A stretch of DNA of 63,875 nt, filler included, from Octopus bimaculoides (GCF_001194135.2; 6 parts of 5 records of this genome joined end to end with filler, not necessarily neighbours in it), one strand, 5' to 3'. Shown: positions 24,194-38,082, numbered from the whole stretch's first letter. Translations and numbers: made by a program. The notes: generated by a model from the sequence alone, not told the origin.

Positions 24194-25460
24194 CACAGAC
24201 ATGCAGGAAGTAAATAGACACCTTTAATTTTCAAAATCTTTTATTTAATATGCAAAGTGAACAATTGAAATGCAATCGATAGGTTGGACTACATACTTTA
24301 GTATTTAGTTGACATTCCTTTAGCAGTGTTTAATTCAGAAACTCTTTTTGGCATTGAACTGATGAGCTTTGTGATTGTCTCTTGTGGAATTTCTGCCTAT
24401 TTTTCACGCAACAATCGAAACAATTCATCTTTAGATTTAAGTTCCTGTCGAGTTTTTCGTATAGCTGTACCTAGTATGCTCCAAAGATTTTCAGTTGGGT
24501 TTATGTCAGGAGATTGGCTCGGCCAAGGAAGCTTTTTGATCCCATTTTCAGTCAGCTATTGTTGATTCCTTGTTGCTGTGTGACATGGAGCCCCATCTTC
24601 CATGAATAAAAACTCATTTTTCGTTATGTTATCGTGTGAATTCATCAGAAGTAGTCCTTGCTTAAGTATTTCGATGTATTTTTCAGAGTTTATGGTTCCA
24701 ACACATTCGATCAGCGCAGAACGACCATTGCTGGTGACAGCTCCCCAAACCATTACAGAGATACCGCCATGTTCCACAGTTGGTTGGAGTCGTTTCAAAT
24801 CAAATTCTTGACTGGGAAGCCTCCAGACCCAAACACGTCCACTGTCTGAAAATAATGCAAATCTGGATTCATCTGAGAAAATCACAAAATGAACTAGATT
24901 TTTCTGACATCTCCTTAGCCCATTTCTTTCTTTTCAAGATATTAATTGATTGAAGGAGAGGTTTTCTTCTAGCTGCTCGTCCATAATACCCAAGCTTATG
25001 CCGATATGTAACACACGTTCTTGGACTAACTTATAGCTGTTTTGCAATGTCTGAAGCCTTTCAACGGGGTTCGTTGTCCACAATTCTCTTCAAGCAGCAA
25101 AGCTTCCTTTCTGAGGGCCCAGGTCGGCCAGGACAAGAATCTGTTGATTCTTTTCCTTGGCTTTTGAATTGCACTATAATTCTATTAACAGTAGCAAGAG
25201 GAATTTGAAGATTTTCGGCAATTTTTCGCTGGCTAAGACCAACCTCAGATTGCCCAACAATATGACCTCTTTGAAAATCTGACAGTTCTGCTGAATTTTT
25301 TGTGCATGGCATGATTACTCTTGCCAAATGTTAAATATAATGGCACCTGGAATGAAAAAGAATAATTACGTTGTAAATTCTACACCACTGAAAACATTAA
25401 GACGCTTAGATCAGAAATTCTGAAAATTAAAGGTGTCTATTTACTTCCTGCATGTCTGTG
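24194..25460 (-). mobile_element. Tc1-family DNA transposon, full length (about 1267 bp), decayed transposase
   Basis: TIRs CACAGACATGCAGGAAGTAAATAGACACCTTTAATTTTCA at both ends, TA flanks. HTH region in ORF 25061..25327 ([12 protein letters not shown]...GLSQRKIA); DDE region in ORF 24556..24885 (IFSDESRF...VMVWGA...FMEDGAPCH). Split by stops or frameshifts. Confidence 0.93.
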
Positions 25461-25480
25461 TATATAAATGAAGTACTCAC

Positions 25481-25593
25481 CAGATTTGACCATCACTGAG
25501 CAACCTTGCTTCTCTAATGTGATCATCCATGTGGTGACAATCCGAGCAATGGCATCTTCACTAGCAGCATCAAGCCAAAGAGTGGAAGAGAAA
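25481..25593 (-). CDS. KIAA2013: KIAA2013 homolog exon (113 nt): FSSTLWLDAASEDAIARIVTTWMITLEKQGCSVMVKS(G)
   Basis: Within ORF 25437..25631; acceptor ttggtcttctttag, donor gtgagt. WxxTLEKQGC matches human WRLTLQKRGC. Confidence 0.93.
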
Positions 25594-27572
25594 CTAAAGA
25601 AGACCAAAAGATGAAGTAAGCCAACTTCCATCTCTTTTCTTTTTCATTTTTAATGAGAATGTAAAAATATAGAATTAATACATACCATAGCAGAGCATGC
25701 TTGTCTTGTTTCTTTCCAGCCTCCAAATATCTTTCGCATTCAGCGCTACTATGCAATACCACACTTCATACACAAGGATCATACAATCTTTCTCTTTACA
25801 TGAAGAGAGAACCCTTTTGTTGCCAATCAAAGTAATAGCTACTAGAACGTTTTCCAACCTGTTGTTAATCTGACAACTATGCATTTAGAACACCTACCTC
25901 TACCACTTGCCAATACAGTGCAAAATTTCAGGGAACCATTGCATCTGTTCACAACAAAGGAATTCTCTCTCTCTGAGTGAAAGGTGGATTGTATGATGTT
26001 CATGTATGAAATGTGATACTGAATAGCAGTGAAATATATACATTGAACATGCCATGATATGTAAAGGCTGGAAAGAAATGAGGTGAGCATGCTCTGCTGG
26101 ATGTACACAAACAACAAACAATAAAGTATAATAACTCCCTGAACATTTTCCAACCCATTCTTACTCTGGCTCCTCTCACTCACCCTCTTCCACTGCCAGT
26201 CTAGTGCATATACAAAGACCACTAGATTGAGAAGAAGTTACCAGATGTTTCTGAGAAAGTTACTCTGTAACAGACTAGCATCCAATCTTTGTTGCTGATC
26301 TGAATTGTGTTACCTAATGTGGAAGTAAACACAAGCCATGTGAACACTTATGGCTCAAATAGGTTTCTGTCTTAGATACACACCTACAAAGTGTTTAGTT
26401 AATTACTAAAACAATACCATTTCTTTTCAAGGATAATTGATCAGCATTTGCAAAGACAGTTATTTTTTCAAAATAAATAAATTCTATAATTCATTTATTC
26501 ATGCTCTTGTATATCTTACATAACATTAACATTACATTCCTATCAATAAAGTCAATAAAGTGACAGTAGCAGAGGAATTGGTAGAAACAGTAGAATACCA
26601 CACTGAATGGTTTCCAGCAGTTAAGTTCATTGCTGTCTTTCTAGTTTCTAATTTCACCAAGGTTGACTGGCTTTCAAGACAGTTAAAATAATACTAGTAA
26701 TATGGAGATGGACATTACTATCTCAAGTACTAAGATTTAAAATGCTGGTTACCTGGTTACCATGGCATATAAGTTACTGAGATCACAACTTTACCCCTGA
26801 ATGGGACACCAGTCCATCGTAGGGTTACTCATTTACAGTTGAGTGGACTGGAGAACAGAGAAATAAGTGTTTTGCTCAAGAATACAACACACTGCCAAGT
26901 CTGGGAACTAAAAACCACAATCCTGCAATTGTGAGTACAACAGCCATGCACCTTCACAACCAGTTGTGAGTGTTAAAATTATCTAAAGAAAAAAATTGGC
27001 CTTGTGTTCTTATGAAAGAAATTAGTATGGCAAAAGTAAATGGCAGAATAAGGCTGATAAATTTATACTAACAAAGATGAGAAGAGGATGGAACAGACAT
27101 TGAATAATAGCAGATTAACAAAGAAAATAATCTTGAAAATGGACATGATAATGATGAAGCAGAAGAGGAGGCAGAAATGATTAAGATAATAAAAGATATA
27201 TTTTTCCCTTTTATTTTTCAGTTTAAATCAACTGAGTGAGATGATCTTATTTTTACAAATTTCAATATTTGCTTACGTTTGCAGCACATTTTTATAGCTG
27301 CATTTTATGAACAACAAAAGTGCAGTAAGACTATTTGACAATTCATTCAACACCTTAGCACGGTGGACCTTATCTCTTGCATTCATATGTATTTACCATC
27401 CATAACAGGTGCTAAAACACTCTGATTTTCACCAAATGACAGGGGTTACGTTTCTTCAAATGTAGAAATGCACTACAGTTCATAAACAACAATAATTATA
27501 GTAACACTAGTCCATATATGGTATATATAGACATTTAAAAAAACATCAGGTACTCAAGCCACTTGTATCTAA

Positions 27573-27790
27573 CCCTTCAGCATTCAGATTTTGCTGTCAC
27601 ATGTATAGCTTTTTTCTTCATAGTTCTGAATTTATCATGCATTATCTCACAGCTTCAAGAAGTTGATGATGTGAATATCTATTTTTAGGATGACATTGTA
27701 GGGTGGTCATAAAAGGCCAATTCTAGCCATTTTGAACAGAAAGCAGGTAGAATATTTGGGCTGGATGTGGCTGGTTTAAATGCTAAAGGG
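27573..27790. mobile_element. piggyBac-like MITE (about 220 bp)
   Basis: TIR ccctt(c/t)agcatt / aatgctaaaggg with degenerate TTAA flanks (ctaa, ttac). Confidence 0.7.
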
Positions 27791-27831
27791 TTACTATATT
27801 TACAAAGTAAATGCTGTGTTGATATACTTAC

Positions 27832-28031
27832 AGGGTTGAATGCCCACTATAGCAGCGATCAGGATAATGGAGGATGCTGAGGACTTCATTTCGACTTTCA
27901 TCAGAAGTACTGAAGTCATGCATGGGTGAAAGAACATTGCTGAGGACATAGTACATAGTAGCATTAATTTTGTGACCGTTGAGTGCATTAGCTGCTTTAG
28001 AGTGACTTATACTGATACCACTTTCCCATAA
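27832..28031 (-). CDS. KIAA2013: KIAA2013 homolog exon (200 nt): [66 protein letters not shown](L)
   Basis: Acceptor ttttactgtctttcag, donor gtaagt. The [10 protein letters not shown] and YPDRCYSGH motifs match the family (human VNLTLYYMLS, YEDHCFSGH). Confidence 0.93.
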
Positions 28032-29572
28032 CTGAAAGACAGTAAAATATGTTAGAATATATTATAAAGATATACCTTTTAAACCATATGTCTAAAAACA
28101 CATATTAGTTTTATTACAAAGGTGATAAGAAATAAATAAAACCACAATAAAAGTAAGAACAAAAATATTGTAAATTTCAAAAATTTCAACCACAAAAAAA
28201 AATTTTAAAGTCACACAACTGGCTTCATTCATACTGAACTATCCAACCCATGCTAGCATGGAACATGGACATCAACTGATGATGATGATGATGATGATGT
28301 GCTGGAAAAAAATCAATGTTTGGTATTAATCTAAGATGGTGGTTACTATCTTTTTAGTTGAGGAAATTAAAAGAGGTGTCTTTTTGTAGATGTTGTATTC
28401 AAACGCTGATAGTTAAAACATAGGATAGAATGCCTTGCTATATTCATTCTGGATCTCTGCATTCTGAGTTCATATCTCACCAGGGTCAGCTTTGCCCTTT
28501 CATCCTTCAGGGGGTGATAAGTAAGGTATCATTCAAGTACTGGCACTAATTTTTTTTTTCTTCTCCCTCTCAAAGGAATGAATGGTGATCAGATATGGAG
28601 AAGGACAAGTTCTGTCAGGTTTAAAATCTCTTTCAGCTCCACCAAGTGCTGAGGACCTATTATATACAAATACATATAAGCCAACAAAGGAGATTTTCAT
28701 GTGAAGCATGACCTGCTAGAAATAGCAGCAAAATTATCCTGAATCAAACCTATTGTCTAACATTACTTTGATACAATACCAAAGCACTGTTGAGAACTTC
28801 TACTGATATAAAATTAAACAAAAAACATAGAGGTTAAAGAAGCCAGTGATAGTTTACATCTTTAATCTTTGGTCAAGTTTATGAATTTTCTTTCTCCAAC
28901 AAAGAGCTGTCCTTGAAATATCAAGATTTTCATCTCTACACAGCATACAAACTTATTGAAATTTATGAACAATACAAAACTAGTTGAAGTAACCAAGAAC
29001 TGTTCACATAGTGTATTAAAAATTATCATTATCATCATTTTAATGTGCATTTTCTAGCAGTAGCACAGGTCAGACAAAATTTTGCTAAAGCCCTTTCTTT
29101 TTTACAGTTGGATGTTCTTCTTATCACCAAACTTCACTCGTTTCCAAGCACGGTAACAGTTTCCTTAGTCTTTTAAACAACAAAGAACTCAATGGCTAGA
29201 TAATTTCTTCACAGAAGACTGTAAACAGTTAAAAGTCAAAGAGAGGACACAAACACAAATAAAATTATAACCATTTAACATTCATTTTCCAAGCTGGCAT
29301 TGGTTGGACAGTTTGGCAGGTGCCAACAAGCTCCAACATCTGCTTTGACAGGGTCTCTTTGGCCGAATGTCCTTCCTAACACCAACCAGTTCACGGCATC
29401 AACACTAGTAGAGGTCACCAATACAGTTTTTGTCTAACAATCATTCACAAGGTATTGGACAGCCCGCAACTGTAGTTTAAGACACCAACTGACATTGCCA
29501 TGCAGTGGGAATGAACCCTAAACTATGCCATTCGGGAGTAAATATCTTAACACAGCAATTAAGGTACCACTC

Positions 29573-29604
<32 letters not shown>

Positions 29605-29663
29605 AGCACAAAAGAAGGTTTATAATTTAATGATTCGTTTAGTTGTTTAAAACACATTCTTAC

Positions 29664-29732
29664 CTTACTCCATACAAGTGTGTGTTCTTGACGTAGTTTC
29701 TTTTCATCAATGTGAAGGATTTCTCGCATTTC
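29664..29732 (-). CDS. KIAA2013: KIAA2013 homolog exon (69 nt): EMREILHIDEKKLRQEHTLVWSK
   Basis: Acceptor ttgtattctatttag, donor gtaaga; phase 0/0. Matches human EMLELLDM...QDHQLLWAQ. Confidence 0.88.
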
Positions 29733-31261
29733 CTAAATAGAATACAAATTCAATTCAATGGAACGTATGTATACACCTAATGATCAACAAACAAGTTACA
29801 AAGTCAAAACAGAGAGTACTTAATACACAGCATATTGAGATAATTTACATAATTACAATATTAACTCTTTCATATTGACATTATTTCTATGCACTGAGAA
29901 GTCACAGCTCCAGGACTACCGACATGTTATTATAATGTCACAGGAAAGAATCAAAAGATGGATTTTTCAAGCCAAGCCAACCAGCAGGAGACTTAAGAGT
30001 AGACCAAAAACAGGATGGTTGGATAAGAACCATAATTTCACTTGGTCATACATGAGAATACAGCCAGAAAGTCAAATTATGGTCACCTCTAATAGAGGAA
30101 TATTAGAGGAATAATAGAATAATATGGTCGCTTCTATGGAGGAAATGCCTGAGGACTTTGCCTCCACAACCCTCTCTGGAATAATGGGCAGAGAGGATGG
30201 ATGGAAGGATAGGACAGTATTAATGTTTAGCTGGACATCACTGTTGTAAGTTTCAAATCAACACACAGTTTGGCCCTCATTATGTTAGTCCACAACAGTT
30301 GCTCTCGAGCATGAATAGTTACGGACTACTCTGATGAGATCCACACAACAGTTTGAAACTTGCAGCAGAGATTTCCAGATAAGTTCTGTGTGTACATGTT
30401 TATATTTATAAATGTGTGTGTGTGTGTGCGTGCGTGCATGCGTGCGTGTGTGTGCATGAAGTGCACACAAGGGTTAGCTTTAGGAATCTATACCAACCTC
30501 TATCTCAAGACAATAAAAATGTGTACCATCCCCAACAAGAGCAATCTTTCTGACTCTGCTAGCCACCACTACAATCTCGAGTATCTCAACTGCTTGCAAC
30601 AGACTTGACCTAATGCCTAGGTAGGGGTCATAACCTGACAATAAACAAAGTCCAGCACCCAAGTACTCAAAACACTGAGAGTTGGAACAAACACCCATCC
30701 AACACTAACAATTCTGCCACTGCCATCATTATTACTCTAACAATTCACCAAGTTCATCATCATCAATCATCATGTTTTCCATACTAACATAGGTTAGATG
30801 GTTTGACTGGAACTAGTAAGCCAGAGAGCTGCACCAGGCTCCAGTCTAATTTATCTTGGTTTCTACAGATGGATGCCCTTCCTAACACCAAATGCTCCAA
30901 GAGTGTAGTGAGTGCCTTCTACATGTCACCAGCACTGGCCACAACTATGATTTCACATGACTTGATGAGTCTTCTTAAGCACAGTAAATTGTCAAAGGTC
31001 TTGATCACTCGTCATTGCTTCTGTAAGACCCAACATCCAAAGTCCATGTTTTTCTTTCTGAATAAAATTGATCACTAATCAGTGAAAATGTACCAACATT
31101 GCAAGGATTTAACAACAAACTGGTTATTAATTTCTTGCAATGAATTGCAGAGGAATGGAAGGAAACATGCTTCACTTAAATCTACCTTAACCTGGTCTCC
31201 CTCAGAACTTTTAGTCTTATACAAACAACCTGGACAACAAAAATTGTCTGGACACCATATG

Positions 31262-31600
31262 CTTTAACTCCTTCTTCTTCTTCTTCTTCTTCTTTAATCC
31301 CTAGCTGGCGACCAGAGCAGGAGGCTGTCCCCTCAACCAATACACTGTTGTTGGTGCCACAGGATGACAAACTCTGGTGATGAATAATGTTTTTCCATGT
31401 TCGCCAATCCATGGGGCTGGCATTAGCATACTTGAAGTCGAGGCGCTGCAACTTCAGGTCTTCTTCAATTTGTTGTACTCATGTCTTCTTTGGTACACTG
31501 CATTGGATTCTCCAGCGTGTAGGTTACCGTTAGCACAAAATCTGGTATGATAGTCTTCCGGTACTCATCCTGCAGACATGGCCAAACCACTAATGCCTAA
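31262..31600 (-). mobile_element. RTE-type LINE 3' fragment with (AAG)n tail
   Basis: WFGHVCRM..GRL.YQIL...PTRW....PKKT.VQQIEEDL, followed by (gaa)n. Confidence 0.65.
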
Positions 31601-32396
31601 TTACAACACTGGAAACACGGTGTTCTGTATTAAATGCCACACTACACCCAACTACCAGCTAACCAAACCACTAGAGTACAACAATACCTGACTGGCAATC
31701 CTTCATTCATCAACATATCCTCCTTCGGTCTCTTTTACAACTATTCCTGCTCTTATGTACTAGTAAGTTATGTACCACCAGTTACCTTCATCTCTTATTC
31801 CCTTGTCTTGTTATGTCCCACCACACCAAATTTCACATTAAACACTTTCTTTTTTTAATAAAATTTTTCATCACAAGCCCACAAACTTCCTCTCTGCCCA
31901 CAGTGTCCCTCCAGACATTGATCATATGCTCAAACTGAACTTCAACCACATCAACTTCACCAGTCAAGAAGAGCTTGAAAGAAAGCTATAAGCTTAAGCA
32001 CTTCTTGATACTAAATAATGGTTTCCAATTTTTGGCACAAGACCAGCAATTTTAGGGGGAGGGGTTTAGTCCATTACATCGACCCAAGTGCTCAACAGGT
32101 ACTTATTTTTATCGACCCCAAAAGGAAGAAAGATAAAGTCAACTTTGGCAATATCTGAACTGATAATGTAAAACCAAAGGAATTGCTACTCAGCATTTTG
32201 TCCGGCATGTTAATTCCACTAGCTCACCATATTCTTCATCCTAAATAATAAGACAGGAATATGGGTTAGCTGAAATGCCAGACACAAAAGTTTCTCTCCA
32301 GTATTGAAGTGGTTACCTTGATGCCAATAGAATTGCTCAAGAGGGTTCATCAGTTTACACAATAGCAGTAGCAAAAAAAAAACCCTTTATACTTAC

Positions 32397-32499
32397 AGAA
32401 ATAACTTTAGAAGAAAGCTCCTCCTTCAGACCTTTCACATGCTGTGGCTGCACAGGTAAGGAGTAGTGAGTGACTGTCACAATGTGCAGTTTTATGGTG
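32397..32499 (-). CDS. KIAA2013: KIAA2013 homolog exon (103 nt): TIKLHIVTVTHYSLPVQPQHVKGLKEELSSKVIS
   Basis: Acceptor ttttgttattttgtccag, donor gtaagt; phase 2 in, phase 0 out. Confidence 0.85.
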
Positions 32500-32552
32500 C
32501 TGGACAAAATAACAAAAGAAAACCAAAAAAAGATATTAATAATAATAATAAT

Positions 32553-32768
32553 TTGTTTCTACTATAGGCACAAGGCCCAAAATTTTGGGAGAAGGGACTA
32601 GCTGATTACATCGACCCCTGTGTTTCACTGGTACTTAATTTATCAACCTTCAAAAGGATGAAATGCAAGGTTGACCTCGGCAGAATTTGAACTCAGAACA
32701 TAGCGGCAGACAAAATACCGCTAAACATTTCGTCCGGCATGCTAACAATTCTGCCATCTTGCTACCTT
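32553..32768 (-). mobile_element. SINE family B copy, intronic
   Basis: Reverse complement of the family B consensus with partial CpG decay; flanked by (AAT)n. Confidence 0.75.
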
Positions 32769-32774
32769 ATTATT

Positions 32775-32810
<36 letters not shown>

Positions 32811-33477
32811 CCTTTCTAAAATAGGCACAAGGCCTGAAATTTCGGAGGAGAGGACTAGTCGATTACATCTCCCTTTAAAATTAAAAATTATTATGTAATA
32901 AAAGTGATTGAAGCAACATTAACCAGTATTTCTATTTGATGCACAAACAATAGCTAAAGTTATCCTTCAAACATATATGACAATAACTCTTTCTTGCAGT
33001 GAAGGAATCTGAGACACAACCATACAACTACTTCAAATATATTCTTTCAGTTTTTAAGAACAAATTAAAGGAAGGGAAATATAAGCAAACAATTCCAAGA
33101 CAAAGAGTCAAGAGGTGGATTAGATAAGCAAAGAGGATGAAGGTAGAAAAGAAAATGGACAAAAAGGGGGAAACAAGAAAGGAGAAAAGGTGACACAAAA
33201 GTTGAAGTAAAAGAGAAAAAAAAAATGAAGAATAAGAAAATAAAGGAAAGGAAAAGAAATAGAAAAGAAATAAAGAGAAAGAAATTGTAAAAAGAGAAAG
33301 AACAGGAGAAAGAAAGAGACACAAAAACACAAAAAGGAAAAGTAAAAATAAAGAAAAAACTGAAAAGAGAGATAAAAATGAAGAAAATTAAAAAAAGAAA
33401 AACGAAAAAGAAAAGATGAAGAAATAAAAGAAAAGCACAGGAGTTCACTACCAAGTTGATCAGGTATGGTTACTTAC

Positions 33478-33633
33478 CTCATAGATTTGATAAGAATAGA
33501 TGGAGGTATCTTAACAACAGCCAGGCCAACAACCACAACCAACTCTGAGTTCGGAATGGCAACTACACAGTTTGCATATTGGAATTGTACACCATCAACA
33601 GAGCTGACACTGTAGGGATTAGAAAGGTAGACC
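33478..33633 (-). CDS. KIAA2013: KIAA2013 homolog exon (156 nt): VYLSNPYSVSSVDGVQFQYANCVVAIPNSELVVVVGLAVVKIPPSILIKSM(S)
   Basis: Within ORF 33474..33707; acceptor ttctgttatcag, donor gtaagt; phase 2/2. Confidence 0.85.
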
Positions 33634-33796
33634 CTGATAACAGAACTGAGACAGCTACCTTTGATCAACTCACAACCTATCCAGAGGAAGGTTTGTCTAA
33701 TCCACACAATGCTACAGGAAAAAAAAGGGAGTCAAGTACCTGTCAATAGATTCCTAAAGTTCAAAAATGACTCAACTTATTCCTGTCATTATTTGA

Positions 33797-34016
33797 CCCT
33801 TTTGATACCAACCTGCCTGACACCGCCCTTGGTCCTATGATACAAACAACCTGGTTTAATGTGAACTAAATTAAAACTTTCCCCTCAAAATTTCATGTTG
33901 ATTTATATTCCAAACACCAGCATAATAAAGAAAATATTATTTTACTAAATTCATTATTTTGAAAATTAATTGAAACAAAAGTGTTGTATATCAACAGAAA
34001 CATGCTAATGAAAGGG
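33797..34016. mobile_element. Second TTAA-type MITE family (about 220 bp)
   Basis: ttga|cccttttgatacc...ctaatgaaaggg|ttaa; internal sequence differs from the 27573 family. Confidence 0.5.
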
Positions 34017-35342
34017 TTAATACCATTCATATTACAGTTTTTTATATCAACTTTTTCAAGCAGTCTGAAATTTTGATTCTTGTTGGAGCAATTGCCTTTG
34101 TGGTTAGATGCTCTTCTAACCAATAATCACTCAACTGCGAAGGAAAAGTGGAACCTGAAAACTCTTAGGCTAGTATACACACACACACACGTCTTCCTCC
34201 ATGCAGGAATAGTAAAATATATTTGACAAAGATTATAGCTAAAAAAATATATATATATAAAAGTGAAAAAATTAAAACTATTTACAAAAATTTCATATTG
34301 ATTTCAAATTACCCAAGAAGGTTGATTTTATATATTCTGACAGTGACATTGATTTTTGAGGAATTCAAGTAACAGAAACAATACTAGATGATGTTAATCA
34401 TTATCATTTCACATCCATTTTCCTTTGCTGACATGAGTTGGGCAGGTCTGACAACATCTCACATGCTGCAGTCTTTTGCCATCCAGCACACACAGCAACA
34501 GAGAAAAAAAAAAGAAACATACCCTTCAATTCTATTGTGGATGCCAGGATTTTTGACAGCATATAAAACTGGATGTTATTCTCATCATCAATCCCCAATT
34601 TACTCTGTGGACTGGCCACTGCTTATCATGCTATCAGTTCCACTACAGAGGCTGTCTATAGCAAGACTAAAGAGATTACACTACCCTGTATTGCTTTTTG
34701 TTCAGGGTTAATACTCTCCTACATAGGATGTCTGCACTGTAACTTGCAGAATCCACATGAACATATTTTAAATGTCATTAACTTAAATTGCAACAAATAA
34801 AAGAACAGGATATTGAAGCAATCACAAATTGGTTGCACATCTTTATAAATATCCAGTTATTGTCCTATTATAAATTTCAGAGAAAAAGTGATAACTTGTA
34901 ACTAATTTGAACTGGACAATACAACAGTTTCATTTTTGTTTAATGCTCAACAGCTGGGTCAATGAAAGCTAATAAACTGGCAGCTAAAGAATTGAAACAA
35001 TATAGCTCCCACTGATTTTCAAGCTGCACAAATCAACATCTTGCCCGTTATTGCCAACCTGTCTATTAATCCAAAAGCAACTGGTACTTGTATGTGCATA
35101 CACACATATTTTTAATAACAATTAAAACCAAACAAAAGTTGTCTTTAATTAAACATGTATTGATTGCCTAATCATCAAAAGCTTACAGAGATAGGCAGTT
35201 AACCAGTACTAAATTACAACTACTAAATAAAAAATATATCTGATGTCTAATAAATAAATGAAAAAGTGATTTCAAATGTGTCATTGATATTTGTATAAGC
35301 AGAGCTAACAAAGATTAAAGAAAGCTAACAGCCATTACTTAC

Positions 35343-35416
35343 CTAGCATAGTTCATTGCTGACCACTTACAGTCTTGTGCTGTAGGTCTATGTAACTCCA
35401 ATACAACTGGAATAGG
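35343..35416 (-). CDS. KIAA2013: KIAA2013 homolog exon (74 nt): PIPVVLELHRPTAQDCKWSAMNYA(R)
   Basis: Acceptor tttctcttcaaacag, donor gtaagt. Phase 0 in, phase 2 out, fitting its neighbours; low sequence conservation. Confidence 0.78.
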
Positions 35417-36250
35417 CTGTTTGAAGAGAAATTATTAAATTGAAACAACAGATTGCAAGTGTCTCGACTGGCAACCAACAAGGACACCAAAGCCATTGTA
35501 AATCTCTGAACAATATCAAAGCAATAAAATTATATTTTTGTCTTTTATCTTTTATTTATTTCAATCATTAGACTGTGGCCATGCTGGGGCACTGCCTTGA
35601 AGGACTTTTAATCCAATGAATCGACCCCAGTACTTTCATTCTTTTTTAAAGCCTGGTACTTACTCTATCAGTGTCTTTTGCCAAACTGCTAAGTTACAGG
35701 GATGTAAACACACCAACACCGGTTGTCAAGTGGGGGGACAACAGACACAAAGACACATGCACACACACATATATATAACAATCATGTTGAATGAAGCTGT
35801 TGATAGCAGCAGTGGTAACTTGATCCTGATGCTTATTTTATTAATAGTAAGAGCAAAGCTAACAGTGACAAGATCAATGCATCTCACACAGACATAAAGC
35901 CTCTTCAAAGCATTAGATTACAACATTCACACTATTTATTCCTTGGCACTTACTTTGCCAAGAAGAACAAGAATAGAGGGAGCCTCTACATGGATACTTT
36001 GCTTGTTAGAAATAGTAGCTAAATATCATTCAAATCACACCCTACCATCTTTAAGACAGAAAAGGACACCAAATATAACACTACTCAACACTTTGTGCAT
36101 CTATGACAGATTCCCCTCTGCAGCAGTCATTCAAGACAGGGCTTCAGTTTGAAGATAACTTTCTCCCTCCCTACCACAAGTCATAGAGACTGTAAAGAGT
36201 CATGAACATTGCCTTCTCACCTTACTCAAAAAAGATTAAAAAAGAATACA

Positions 36251-36474
36251 TATGAGGAGGGTGCTGAAAAGTTCTTGGGTAAAAGAAAATACAGGAGGAT
36301 CAGTTAATTACGATTTTATTCAACATATTCCCCTCTCAGATTCACACATTTATTGCAGTAGTCCTTCAGTCCTTCAGTTTTTCTAAGCCCTGCAAAAGAA
36401 CTAGGAAGGTTAGACCTCCAACCAGGCCTTCCACGATACCCTTAAAGTCAGGAACTTTTCAGTGCCACCCCCTA
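36251..36474. mobile_element. Mariner-like MITE (about 220 bp)
   Basis: Imperfect TIR tatgaggagggtgctgaaaagttc / gaacttttcagtgccacccc; second copy at 44443-44644. Confidence 0.65.
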
Positions 36475-36818
36475 CTTCCATATATGCATACATACACACA
36501 CCGCCTACCAAAGGAATTATAAACAGTTTTTACAGGATCAAAATGGAATGAGACTAAATTGCAATTCTTCCATTTGCCAGACCAATATATTCTCTCCAAT
36601 GATTATAATCCAAAATTTATCTTCAAACAAATAAATATATATATTCTTAAGTAGAATTAATTTCCTACCATTTTAAAAACGAAAACACACATGGTACATA
36701 TGTAATAGGCTTCATAAATATCTGCTGTCCCTGTGCCACACATATACTCAAGTAAGGCTAACTACAATGCTGGAACAAGAATAAAATTATTTAAGACTTT
36801 AAAAAAGATAAAACTCAC

Positions 36819-36911
36819 AGATTGGTTATGAATCCTGATGTCCTGGACAAGGACTGAAGGACGGGATCTGTGGGCATAAAGCTGTGATCCAACAGATACA
36901 CATTCACTTTC
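36819..36911 (-). CDS. KIAA2013: KIAA2013 homolog exon (93 nt): ESECVSVGSQLYAHRSRPSVLVQDIRIHNQS
   Basis: Within ORF 36762..36965; acceptor tctgtctgttcaaag, donor gtgagt. The AHRSRPxVLVQxIxIxN motif is characteristic of the family (human AHRGRPHVYLQRIQLNN). Confidence 0.92.
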
Positions 36912-38082
36912 CTTTGAACAGACAGAAGTATATAATTTTAGAGGAGTAAAAATTATGTAACACACAATATATGAATTAATGACATTTTAAACAATGACAA
37001 CAATTAAGTAGTATTGTAAAGAAATTAGATTTCAATATAAAGGAGCTGAAATCTTTGAGTTAAAAGACAGAGAACAGACCATACCTGGAATGTTAGAATT
37101 CATGTCCCTATCACTACTAATGCATAAAAACTTGTATTTGCAAATTGATTTTTACAGACACCGACTGCCATCATCATCATCATCTTTGTATTTTGGAGTG
37201 TTCCCATAGTTACGCTTTCACAACAGGATGGTTGCTTGTAACATTTGGCACCTCTCACTTGCAATGTTTTTACATTCTAACTATAAAACCTGTTTTGCCT
37301 ACAACTATATGCTGGTTGTGAAGTCAGATATTTCTATTTCCAACATTAATAGCAAGAATAAATTTATTCCCAAAGCACAATGGAGAGAAAACTTTTTTTA
37401 ACATTTCTCTTCAACATTTATATTTTTAATTTTTTTCTAACTGAAATTCTCCAAATGATAAACATCAAAAACAAATAGTTTATTTGTTTCTGCAATCATC
37501 ATTCTCATACCATACAAGTCTCACTTGATAACTTGTTTTTTGGTTTAGTTTTTATAGTAAGAGGTCTTTCCTAACTCAAACCTGTTAGAGTGCAACAGGT
37601 GCATTTGATCATGGTTACCAACCACAAAGAGGTTGTCTTATCCTTGAGAACACTACTAAAGTTCCTCCTAAACCCACATTGTCCCTGCTCGTTTGCCAAT
37701 CATTTCATATAGTGTACTGGGGCATTTTATCATAGCATGGCACCAGCACTAATTATGCTGCCTTTCAGTCATGAAAAACAACAGTCCTAATTACTCTTAT
37801 GACACTCATTCACTCAATGTGACATGACTAAGAGAGTAAATAGCAGATAGGATGATGACAGAAGGCCAGGATAAGGAAATAAGGGGAACTAGAGTATGAT
37901 GATAGAAATAAAGTGATTAGAATGAGAGAGTAGTCAAAGCTGAAGTGAGATGGGTTTTGCCAAACCGAAAGAGAAGACTCAGTGTGTCACAACAGTGTCC
38001 AGACAATTCCATCGGAAGTGGAAGGCTCAAGGAAGAAAAGATACCAAATTGTAGTTGCTTTATATATCTTAACCAATATCAT

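Noticed and set aside
28862-29050. ORF as a candidate KIAA2013 exon
   Set aside because: No suitable donor site or family similarity; the exon at 29664-29732 already bridges its neighbours in frame.
31880-31975. Minus-strand QFEHMINVWRD as a candidate for the HxxxW exon
   Set aside because: No good splice sites; the true exon is 29664-29732.
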